From the NCBI RefSeq assembly GCF_006345805.1, contig NC_043006.1:50716001-50780000 (forward strand): a stretch of 64,000 nucleotides of DNA, in the 5' to 3' direction. Numbering within the stretch: the first letter of the stretch is position 1; every line of letters starts with the position of its first letter. Positions 52,532-64,000 of this stretch are shown in pieces. Under the pieces are notes generated by a model that saw nothing but the letters and a program-made list of their open reading frames with translations, was not told the DNA's origin and ran no database searches. This DNA comes from Octopus sinensis (Eukaryota). The position numbers and the translations under genes were made by a program.

Positions 52532-52904
52532 GATATATATATATAGTGGCACCAGAAATACGCTGTTGATATTATTAAAATAATTGTAATTCGATAAAAT
52601 AACTAGATTTCACTTTCGGTAAGAACGAATGTTTCTAGACTTTTTTTATCATTACCACTCAACGCCCCTAACCACGATCACCATCACGAAAAGACAATAA
52701 AAACAGTCTACTACTCGCAAACATATTACATTTATCAGTTCAGAAAATCTGAACGGTGTCACTTAGAAAAATATAGATTTTTTCATTCGCATATTTAAGA
52801 TAATAATTAATGCAAAAACTGACACTTCATTGATAATTTATGTATTTAAAACTCTGCTAGGCGACAAGATACTTTCTAGATTTTTTTTTCTTTTTTGCTT
52901 GTTT

Positions 52905-53260
52905 TTAACGTATCACCAGATACTAGACGTCTAGAATTCTATAAATTTCAATACATTTAGTCTTTTCCATTATTCTCAAATTATATAAATAGTATATAAT
53001 TCATGTTCTATTTTGAAATCTATTGCTATTGTTAGTAATAAGCAGAAAACAAAATGGCAACATCCACAAGTGATAAGGATTTAGCAGCAGAACAAGTTAT
53101 GCAAGAGATTATTATGGGCACCAATGATAGCGAGGATGAAACATCAGAGAGAAAAAATTTGTTTTCTATTTTCGTTCAGCGTATCTGTTCTACGGTTCCC
53201 ACCATCATTTTATTTTATCTACTTCATAAACTGAAAAAAGGCCAGTCTCCATAGCCACTT
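52905..53260 (+). mobile_element. Possible DNA transposon 5' relic (piggyBac-like acidic N-terminus)
   Basis: TTAA followed by ...ctagacgtctag and ORF MATSTSDKDLAAEQVMQEIIMGTNDSEDETSE; no catalytic motif seen. Confidence 0.25.
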
Positions 53261-53621
53261 AAGCTGGTGTGATCAATGCCATTAATACTTCTCGTGAACC
53301 TTTGTTAGATAGCTCCTACAGAAAAGACATGAACAGAGAGGGGTTTCAGAGTTCTACGATGGTTTGGTTAGGTGTTGTGAGTCGGGAATGCCTTGAGTAA
53401 AATTGGCATGTGATTTCGATTCTTGGACCGCTGCGATGGACTGGCGTCCTGTCCAGCTGGGGAACACGCCATAGAAACCAGGAAACCGGGCCCATGAGCC
53501 TGGCTATGCTTTAAAAGGGCGCATTTATTTATTTTATTTGTTTTATAACAGTCAAGAACATCACCATTGTTGTATTACGCGGAAGTGTTTGTTCGACTAG
53601 GTGTTGCTGGCTTAATTACGC

Positions 53622-53744
53622 ACGACTCAAGTTAGAGAAGGGGTGCATATTATATACAAGGTTTGGGCTTTTCAGAGGTACAGCCCCCTAAAAATCCCCT
53701 GCGTATTATACTCAAGGGCGGACTATACTCGAAGATTTACGGTA
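53622..53744 (-). mobile_element. One end of the 12784-13393 MITE family
   Basis: Reverse complement of 12782-12905. Confidence 0.8.
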
Positions 53745-54149
53745 GTTGTAATGCAGTCTTAGCAGTGTTAAGAAAGTGCTTTCGGTAGAAAAGATCCCTG
53801 GTAACAGAAAATATCATCATTTCGGACAATTTTCAGGCTTGTGCGCTGGTCATGACTAAACGAGATTGTGACTCGTTGATACTTTCTTGAGGTGTAGCTT
53901 TGAGTTCTTTCACTGTTGGAAAAGTTTGCAGGGTCTCTATCAACAGTCAGTATGAATATGGTGTTTGCTGTTGAGGTTGCGATTGAGTAATGCATGGGTG
54001 GAAATATTGGAGCTGAATGAAGGTCAGTAGTATCTGAGTAACTGTGGGTGTTGTTGGGTGTGGCGTCAAATAACTCAACGAATAAGATAAGGCAGAGGAC
54101 AAGGACGAAAATCAAAATTGGCGGCACGCTGGAGTTGAGAGAACAGCGA

Positions 54150-57100
54150 TGGTGTGGTCAGATAGGAAGCTACAATCCAAGACTTGATTCACTTGGTAAG
54201 ATTGCATCTGTGATGGACAGTAGTTCGTAGATTATTCGCTCATACAAAAGTATATTTTATTCACTAACCCTATAGATTCTAGGCAAACAACGTATTATTG
54301 AGTATTGTGACGAGAATTACAGAATAGACATAGAGGAAAAGTAACTAAAGCTGTATTTTGCTTGGCTTTTCTTGAAATTTCTAACCCCGTTCAAATGCAA
54401 TTCTGAAAGTAACTTCGAATTCAAGTGTCGGAACTGATGAAATGAGGACGAAAAGGAAGACGCGCAATCATAGGTATTTATGACTACCAAATGAATGCTT
54501 GATATAGCAAGTATCTTGTTTTTGAACCGATCGATGTAAATGTCTGACAGCTTTCAGAAAGATTTTGTCGATCACAACCAATCGGAAGTCCACATTGCTG
54601 TTTTAACTGCAGGAAGAAATACTAGTGAATATGAACTTAGAAAATCATTTAACACCATGGATGTTTCTTACTTAGAGCCTAGTTATTTAATGCTTCGTTC
54701 TGCAAATTATTTAGCTTATAATCACTGTCCATACTTTGATCAGCTTATCATAGTAGAACTTCAAAAGGAAAATAGTATTAACATGGAAAGTGGACAACGG
54801 TCTTGTACCAGTACTGCCCATATAATTAATCACATAGCCATTAATATGAAAATGAAAATTTGTTATCATATAAGCTGATAATTGGCAAAATTGCAGTTAT
54901 TGATGACTCAACAAGCTTGAGCATTAAGCTAGCCTAATGGTTTATTTGAAACATAGAAGTATTACGGAGGGTAAACCCCATTTATATATAGACCTAATTG
55001 AACTGCCTACTCAGTCTAAGCATCTGCTGAACTGTCGCATCAACCATTGGTTTGATGACTTTTAATTGAAAAAGAACCTCGTATCATTTGCTGTGATGAG
55101 GTCGAAGCAATGGTGATGCAACAATTCTTAAGGGGCATTATCGTGAGGTGATAATTTGGCATGGTCTTAATTAAAAATTAGAAGTTGCAGAAAGTAATCC
55201 TATGTGAAACGTTTGTGAAATTAATAATTTTCAATAAATTATGGGCAAATATTCTAGTCTAGAAAACCTTCAAACGAAAGAGAATTGTTTGAATGTCTCT
55301 CTTAACTAGAATTACAAATTTTCAAACGTGATCTGGATATCAACGGTGGGTACCAAGTTGGTTTCGAACAATTTCAAAAGTGTGTCAAAATTATAAAACC
55401 CTGTGTTTTCATTGTGACAGAATATAGAAAGGTGAGATTGGATCCGCGAGTGAGAGAAAAAGACATATGGAGAAATGTTGAAGAGACTCTCTTTAGAATA
55501 GTTTTTATTGGATTTAGCTTTAACATATGACACGTTGCATGAACTTGATTTATTGTCAGAATGTTTATGTCTACACAAATGCACTACTACCATTGTTCAT
55601 GCAAACAAATTAATCCACTAGAGAATTAGATTACTGTAAGAATTGAAAGAGAAGCCTGACACAAAACCTCTAGAAGTTCACGATGCATTTCAAAAGAAGT
55701 TTGGAACAAAATTACTTGAACAAATAACAGCTCACTTGTCTCCATTAATCATATAGTTTCTTATTAAGTCTTATAACACAATTTATAGCATTCTATGTTT
55801 ACAGCAACATCCTTGAAAGGTTCTCAAACTTCTTAACCTCAACTATGTAGAAACCAATACAAAATGAAACGTGCGTCCTGATAAATGTAATATCCAGTTG
55901 AAATATTGCCTAATTAAGGAGAAACTGCAATGCCATTGCTCTGTAAGAAGTTTCAGGATTTTCTTCATTTATAATGAATGTCGTGTATAATTATGTGATG
56001 AATCTTCGATGCGTATACCCCAAGGCTTGCGTCCAATATTGAGCAGTTTATGATTTATTCCAATAATACTGTTGAGTGTGAGCGAGAATTCAGTTACGTG
56101 AATTGGATTACAACTTCACATCCAAGAATTGTCATAAATTGTGTATTAACTCTTACGCTCCTTAAATTATGATGACCTTTTCTAGTTCAGTGACAGCGTA
56201 GGCCGTGGAGCACATAAAGATTGTGTTAACACAGATCAGCAGATGGTGACATCAGAAAGTCCATATACAAAATACTTAAAATTATATTCAGACCATTTGG
56301 TAGGTTCGTAGTTCCTTCTAAATTTTAGGTTAAATACACGGTTAACACTTCTTGATTTGCTTGTTTGAGTTTTATATTTTATAATAATTAGTGAATGAAA
56401 CTTCCTCTGTGCAACTGTGCAATACAATGTAATATTAAATAATGTATGTTGTTTGATTTCCACACTGAAGCTCTTAAATATAATGATTGGCAATGAACTT
56501 GTTAATGTTGTAACTATTAATGGTAGTTACCTGTGACATATTCAGAGAGATGAGATGTAAGAAATGGCGAGAATTTGCCAGCTCCGACACCTAAAATAAA
56601 TAACTCTGTATACCTGTTTCAGGTTGTGAAAATCAACGGGCAAGTTGTACCCTTTTCTAGCAGAGCATATAAAAATTACTCCCTCGAACAAATACGAGAG
56701 ACGTAAACCAAACCCATGTAAAACAACATGTGAAGAATCCATCAGACTGTTTCGATCCAGTATTTTGTATTACATTTTCTGTAAGGAGGGTGGGATAAAA
56801 ATATCATTCTATTTTATTGACTATTACTCTAGACTTTTCTGTGAGTCTGTTGACTTCGAATGTGCATTGTGCTTTGCCGTGTGGGTGAGTTAAAAGTCTT
56901 GTGGAAGTTGAGGATATAGAAGGCCACAGTGCTGACTATCTTGTCTGAACTTTGTTTGACTTTAAAATGGAAATGACATTGCTACAAAAGATAACCTTGG
57001 TCGAAGTTACGGCAATGCCAGCAACACAAGTGACAAAAACAGTAGATTACAGAAACAAATTAAAGCGCTGAATGAGTTTTCGGATTAAATCTCTTCACAA

Positions 57101-57150
57101 AATTTGACTGAAAAATGAGATCCTAAATGCTGTGAGGGAGCGTTAAGTTT
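54150..57150 (+). pseudogene. Possible very old RTE-like LINE ORF2 relic
   Basis: Microsatellite-free 3 kb with faint motifs in the expected order: IGSYNPR..LGK, KLYSDHLVG and IRLFRSSILY. Weak. Confidence 0.3.
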
Positions 57151-57202
57151 CTTTGCATATGTACCCTTACATTTTTCAAGTAAAAGGAAAAACTGTCTAC
57201 TA

Positions 57203-57590
57203 TTTTACTTGTTTCAGTCATTTGACTGTGGCCATGCTGGAGCACCGCTTTTAGTCGAGCAAATCGACCCTAGGACTTATTCTTCTTTGTAAGCCTAGTA
57301 CTTATTCTATCGGTCTCTTTTGCCGAACCGCTAAGTTACGGTGACGTAAACACACCAGCATCGGTTGTCAAGCGATGTTGGGGGGACAAACACAGACTCA
57401 CAAAAATATACATACACATATATACATACATATATACGACGGGCTTCTTTCAGTTTCCGTCTACAAAATCCACTCACAAGGCTTTGGTCGACCAAAGACA
57501 CTTGCCCAAGGTGCCACGCAGTGGGACTGAACCCGGAACCATGTGGTTGGTAAACAAGCTATTTACCACACAGCCACTCACTCCTACGCC
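57203..57590 (-). mobile_element. Full-length family-B SINE
   Basis: ggcgtaggagt..ggctgtgtggtaa...ggttcagtcc head through gaaacaagtaaaa tail. Confidence 0.9.
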
Positions 57591-57694
57591 TACGTCTAAA
57601 TATATATATGTATTATTTTTTCAGTTTAAGGCCCTTATACCATACACCCTGTGTTCTCTTAAACCTTATCTGAAAAACAATAATAATGTTTCAC

Positions 57695-58690
57695 ATTTCG
57701 ATACAGGTCAGTAATTTCAGGAGAGTGTAAAGTTGATTACATCAACCTCGGTATTCAACTTGCATTTATTTTATTCACCCCAAAAAGATGAAAGTTAAAA
57801 TCAACTTCGGGGAAATTTGAACCCAACGCATAAAGGAGTGGAAGAGACGTTGCTAAGTATTTTCTACACGTGTTTCAAATTTTGGCACATGTCCAATAAT
57901 TTTAGGGAGAGTTGAGTTAATCGATACGATTCGACCCCCATCACTTCATTTTATCGGTCTGATGGACCTTTTAAACAAGCAGTACAGAGTGGCCTATATA
58001 ATTATACGAAGGAATTTAGGCAGGAGCTTAACAATCTTCAAATATTGATAATGATGATGACTTTTGATTTAAAGACAAGGTCAGTGACTCTGACGAGAGG
58101 AATTATTCTATAAAAATTACTCCAGTACTTGACTAGTACTTTATTTTATTGACACCGGAGGAATGATAAACAAAGTTATCTACAGCAAGATTTGAACTTA
58201 GAACTCATAGATCCGAAGGATGTAATATAAAACATATTATCGGACGCTGTAATATTTCTGTCAAAACTGCTTTTAATAACTTTTTCCAAAACAAGCACAA
58301 CGCTAGCAATATTCTTTTTTACTCTAGGCACAAGGCACGAAATTTTGTGGGAGGCGACCTGTCGATTAGATCGACCCGAGTATGCAACTGGTACTTAATT
58401 TATCGACCCCGAAGGGATGAAAGGCAAAGTCGACCACGGTGGAATTTGAACTCAGAACGTAAAGACAAACGAAATACCTATTCCTTACTGCCCACAAAGG
58501 GCTACACATAGAGGGGACAAACAAGGGCAGGCAAACGGATTAAGTCGATTATATCGACCCCAGTGCGTAACTGGTACTTATTTAATCGACCTCGAGTGGA
58601 TGAAAGGCAAAGTCGACCTCGGCGGAATTTGAACTCAGAATGTAGCGGCAGACAAAATACCTATTTCTTTACTACCCACAAGGAGATAAA
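57695..58690 (-). mobile_element. Family-A SINE cluster, including a multimer at 58315-58690
   Basis: Several reverse copies; ~183-bp periodicity at 58477/58660. Confidence 0.8.
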
Positions 58691-59372
58691 CACATTTCAG
58701 TTCCGTTTAGCATAAACCATAGCATATAATCCAGATTTATACAGTGAAGTTAAAATATCATTGTAATTGTTTTATCACTTGTAACTACTCCTAGACCGGA
58801 AATTTTTTGCTACATGTGTATATACACACACACAACTTGATGCTCATATACACACACAAATTCATGCATTTATACATACGCATACATGTGTATATATAAT
58901 TACATATATGTATAGATATAGATGTGCGTGTGTATTGTATATATTTTACGTACACTTACGTACATATATACATATGTGTGTAGGAGGAGGACAAACATTA
59001 ATTACATTAGATCTCGATCACGAAAAGAGAGAGCGGGGTGAAGAGAGACAGAGATGAGGAGCTTAAAGAAAGGGAAGAAATATTTATAGTATTATGTCAT
59101 TAACTACAACGAGACGAGGAAGTTAAACTACATTCGCGTTTGACCTACAAAACTTAGCAGCCAAATCATTATCTGACGAAATGAGTAGGGTGATCTCGTA
59201 AGTCCTACATATATGTCTGAATAATACATGAGGTGATCTTGGTTGAAACGTTCAGACGTTTTCTTTTAGAAGCCCAGGCTATCGTATGTGACCTGTGGTT
59301 AAATAACAACTAACTCAAGATTATTCTGTACTCACAAACAATTCTAGCACCAGAAAAAATAATAGAGCCATT

Positions 59373-59728
59373 TCTCTTTACTCTCTCTTTTATTGTTTCA
59401 GTCATGTGACTGTGGCCATGCTGGAGCACCACCTTTAGTCGAGCAAATTGACCCCAGGACTTATCTTTTGTTAACCTAGTACTTATTCTATCGGTCACAT
59501 CTGCCGAACCCCTAAGTTACGGGGACGTAAACACACCAGCATCGGTTGTCAAGCGATGTTGGGGGTACAAACACAGACACACAAACATATACACACACAT
59601 ACATATATACGACGGGCTTCTTTCAGTTTCCGTCTACTAAATCCACTCACAAGGCTTTGGTCGGGCCGAGGCTATAGTAGAAGACACTTGCCCAAGGTAC
59701 CACGCAGTGGGACTGAACCCTGAACCAT
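59373..59728 (-). mobile_element. Family-B SINE, slightly 5'-truncated
   Basis: Matches 57203-57545. Confidence 0.9.
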
Positions 59729-60000
59729 CAAATTGGCTTCGGTTGTCGAAAATGATTGTAGAAGACTTTTCAAAGAATATGCTAAGGGAGTTAAGAAATG
59801 AGGATAAAGAATAAAAAGATTAAACTGATGTTGTTTAATTTTGCCTTTGTTGTTTTGTATACGAATATAGTATAGTATGTAGCTTGATGCACGTAACGTA
59901 ATAAATATATGCATATCTCCGATAATGTAAGGTGCAAAAAACTTATAATCTTCGACAAACCTTCTTACCACACGGCCACGCTTGTTTATATTCTGTTTTT

Positions 60001-60376
60001 CTAACAGTATCGCCCGGCGTTGCTCGGGTTTGTTTCGACCCTTTAGAATTGGAATTTATGAAAAGTAAATATTTTCTATTATGTAGCTTGTTATTCTCTT
60101 TTTCTGGTTGAAATACACCGAAAAATGGCGACACAGCAGTAAAAAAAAATTGTAAAAAATATTGATTTTCAAAGAAAAAAAGCACCTTTTTGATGTAAAT
60201 AATTTTTGGTCTTAACATGGTCTTAACATGGTCCGATTCTTCGGAAGGAAGAGCAAGCCTTCTTCTATCATACTCTCAATTTTGGCCAACTTGCACCGCA
60301 GAGTCTCGGATGAGATAGTGTAAGTTGAAGGCTACCAAACCAGCAATACACAGACAACTTCAGCTTTATATATAGA
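60001..60376 (-). mobile_element. Non-autonomous Helitron
   Basis: The minus strand starts TCTATATATAAA and ends cccgagcaacgccgggcgatactgTTAG, the same 3' hairpin as 15551-15578. Confidence 0.8.
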
Positions 60377-61003
60377 AAGGTAATATTGCGTCGAGTAATC
60401 ACTGATGTCTATGTCTGTTCATGAAAAGAAATCGCTCTATCTTAAAGTGACGACATTTAAGTTGGCGACGATTTAAGTCAACGGCAATAAATCAAGATAA
60501 ACAACAACGTAATCGAGATTAAAGATAAAGAAATTGAGGAAGATGATGGCGAGTTTGAGATCGGCTTCGATAAGATATTGGTTGGAACATGACGAATCTA
60601 AGGAGGAAACCCTTTGTATCGTTAAACATTATAATACAACGACAACAGCTAGCCGGAAGACAAGTTCAAATACAATTGGAATGCATTATAATGTTTATAT
60701 TTCAATAAACCGAAAGTTTCTGTTGAAACATCAAATTTCATGCATCCTGCAAACCTTTTTCCGTGTGTATATGTTTGTGTGTGTGTGAGAGTATGTATGT
60801 ATTTATAATATACACACACGCGTGGATTGCACGTTTCTCTTAACAATAATCTGAATCCACATGAATAGTGTATCGAGAATTCAGCCCACAGAAGACTAAA
60901 CTATATATTATATGATTTAGTCTACTCAGCGCTGAATTCTCTCTCGATACACGCTTCATGTTGCTTCAGATTACAGTAAAGAAAAACGTGTGGTCCACGC
61001 GCG

Positions 61004-61004
<1 letters not shown>

Positions 61005-61054
<50 letters not shown>

Positions 61055-61237
61055 ATGTGCATGTGTGAGTGCGTGTCCATATGTGTGTATGTGTATATAT
61101 ATGTATGTATATATGTATGTGTATATGTATGTATGTATATATGTATGTATAGTATATATGTATAGTATATATGTATATGTATGTATAGGGATATATATGT
61201 ATATGTATATATGTATGTATATGTATATATATGTATG

Positions 61238-61280
<43 letters not shown>

Positions 61281-61989
61281 ATGTATGTATTTATATATGT
61301 ATGTATGTATACGTATGTATATATGTATGTATATATATATATGTATGTATATGTATGTATATATGTATGTATATGTATGTATATATATATGTATGTATGT
61401 GTATATATATATGTATGTATATGTATGTAAGTATATATGTATACGTATGTAAGTATGTATGTATATGAATATATATATGTATATGTATGTATGTATATGT
61501 ATGTATATGTATGTATGTATATGTATGTATATATGTATATATGTATATGCATATATGTATATATGTATATATATATATGTATATATATATATTTATGTGT
61601 ATATGTATATGTGTGTATATGTATATGTGTATATGTGTATATGTATGTGTATGTATATATATGCATGTATATATGTATATGTGTATATATATGTATATAT
61701 GTATATATATATATGTATATGCACATATGTATATGTATATATGTGTATATGTATAAATGCATATATATATATATGTGTGTGTATAAGTATAAATGTATAT
61801 ATATATATATGTATATATATATATAATATATATATATATATATGTATATATGTGTACATGTATAAATGCATATATATATTATATATATGTATATTATATA
61901 TATATATATATATATTATATATGTATATATGTGTACATGTATAAATGCATATATATATATATATATGTATATATGTGTATATGTATAAA

Positions 61990-62024
<35 letters not shown>

Positions 62025-62026
62025 AT
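61005..62026. repeat. (TATG)n/(TA)n microsatellite
   Basis: Directly visible; source of the spurious 350-aa ORF. Confidence 0.95.
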
Positions 62027-62582
62027 TGGTGAATTGAAGAAATGGAGCTGAACGCAGATTGAACAGAATCGTTTTATTTCATTCTACACGTGTTTCGAAA
62101 GGCACAAATTACCAAAATCCGATTGAATAATGGGACCATATTGTGTCTTTCTCTTCAGGAAGAAAAAAGGAAATCCGTTGGAAAAACAAAAACAGAACAG
62201 AGGCAGAGCAAAAAACAAATCGAATGTGCTCCTAAGAGCCCATGGGCTCTTAGGAGCACAGTTCGATTTGTTTTTTGCTCTGCCTCTGTTCTGTTTTGTT
62301 TTTCCAACGGATTGCTCTGCCTCTGTTCTGTTTTTGAATGGTAATTTGTGCCTTTCGAAACACGTGTAGAATGAAATAAAACGATTTCTGTTCAATCTGC
62401 GTTCAGCTCCATTCTTCAATTCACCAATAATGTTTTAATTTCAATTATCCGCACCAACGCACGGTTGCAACGCCAGATGGTTGTACCTCCAACCGTGCTG
62501 TTCACTGCTGTGATTTTTGCTACTAAGGTATCGGTTAAACTTTTGATTAATCTACTACAAGATTATTCATCTTCTATTTCAC

Positions 62583-62590
<8 letters not shown>
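62027..62590. mobile_element. Foldback hammerhead-containing Penelope-pLTR-like element (second copy 62826-63398)
   Basis: ~410-bp imperfect palindrome centred on GAGCCCATGGGCTC (62242/3) plus a unique tail; embedded in (TA)n. Confidence 0.75.
62077..62166 (-). ncRNA. Putative minimal type I hammerhead ribozyme
   Basis: ttttcttc CTGAAGA gaaagacacaa..ttgtgcctttc GAAA cacgtg TA gaatgaaa. Canonical core, G10.1-C11.1, 10/11-bp stem II, palindromic stem III and GUA triplet. Confidence 0.78.
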
Positions 62591-62621
<31 letters not shown>

Positions 62622-62799
62622 CAACCCGGGACCTACATATATATATATATAATATATATGTATGTATAAATGGATATATATATGTATATATATATATATA
62701 TATATGATATATATATATATATATATATATGTGTGTATATGTATATAATATATATATATATATTATATATATATATATGTGTGTGTATAAGTATAAATG

Positions 62800-62832
<33 letters not shown>

Positions 62833-62885
62833 ATTGGTGAATTGAAGAAATGGAGCTGAACGCAGATTGAACAGAAATCGTTTTA

Positions 62886-62974
62886 TTTCATTCTACACGT
62901 GTTTCGAAAGGCACAATTACCAAAATCCGATTGAATAATGGGACCATATTGTGTCTTTCTCTTCAGGAAGAAAA
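62886..62974 (-). ncRNA. Putative minimal type I hammerhead ribozyme (duplicate)
   Basis: Same motif as 62077-62166. Confidence 0.75.
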
Positions 62975-63444
62975 AAGGAAATCCGTTGGAAAAACAAAAA
63001 CAGAACAGAGGCAGAGCAAAAAACAAATCGAACTGTGCTCCTAAGAGCCCATGGGCTCTTAGGAGCACAGTTCGATTTGTTTTTTGCTCTGCCTCTGTTC
63101 TGTTTTGTTTTTCCAACGGATTGCTCTGCCTCTGTTCTGTTTTTGAATGGTAATTTGTGCCTTTCGAAACACGTGTAGAATGAAATAAAACGATTTCTGT
63201 TCAATCTGCGTTCAGCTCCATTTCTTCAATTCACCAATAATGTTTTAATTTCAATTATCCGCACCAACGCACGGTTGCAACGCCAGATGGTTGTACCTCC
63301 AACCGTGCTGTTCACTGCTGTGATTTTTGCTACTAAGGTATCGGTTAAACTTTTGATTAATCTACTACAAGATTATTCATCTTTCTATTTCACATAATAT
63401 ATATATAATATAATATATATATATATATAATTCAACCCGGGACC

Positions 63445-63475
<31 letters not shown>

Positions 63476-63541
63476 GTGTATATGTATAAATGCATATATA
63501 TATATGTATATGTATGTATATATGTGTATATGTATAAATGC

Positions 63542-63573
<32 letters not shown>

Positions 63574-64000
63574 TTATGTATATGTATATATATATATGTA
63601 TATGTATATAATAATATGTATATGTATATATATATGTATATATATATGTATATTTATATGTATGTATATATGTATGTATATGTATATATATATGTATGTA
63701 TATACATATATATATATATATTCATACATACATACATACATACTCGCGCACACACACGTGCTTATTTACATACAGCTCTAAGCTTATGGGAATGTAATGT
63801 TTTAAAGATCAGTCCAATTTTTCTCTATTATAGATGTGTCATATACTTCCTGAGTCATTCTATTGTACATGACTTCGCACTAATTATTATTTTTGTGCAA
63901 TTATTTATTTTTGTAATTGTATGTTACATTTTCCCCATAAATTCTTCATTATCAAAATAAAATTGCCATCGTCACCCCGCAGTTCCGTTTTCTTCAGACT

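Noticed and set aside
54434-54453. CTGATGA-aatgaggac-GAAA hammerhead-like string
   Set aside because: Stems I, II and III cannot be formed; likely chance.
60971-62023. 350-aa ORF and the many other Y/I/M/C/V/H/T-rich ORFs (13.6-20.1, 28.5-29, 32.4-34.4, 61-63.9 kb)
   Set aside because: They are translations of (TA)n/(TATG)n/(CA)n microsatellites, which lack stops.

Overview
AT-rich, microsatellite-laden eukaryotic DNA. The tRNA-derived SINEs look like those of octopus, so this is probably intronic or intergenic cephalopod sequence; the taxon is inferred. I found no host exon I can support, and almost all track ORFs are (TA)n/(CA)n/(GGT)n artefacts. The window is a nest of mobile elements: decayed RTE and CR1 LINEs, Penelope-like RT fragments, an RT-deleted Gypsy element, mariner and Tc1 relics, two Helitrons, MITEs and many SINEs. 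The most notable items are: (1) several ORF-less Penelope/retrozyme-like repeats in (TA)n tracts carrying hammerhead ribozyme motifs, including a ~118-bp palindrome with a hammerhead on each strand and ~540-bp tandem monomers; (2) a 2.2-kb ORF1-only LINE-like element with a 15-bp TSD; (3) repeated snap-back palindromes at (TA)n tracts; (4) a decorated tandem segmental duplication (~22.3-28.7 kb vs ~30.7-36.2 kb). All coordinates were read by eye and may be off by a few bases.
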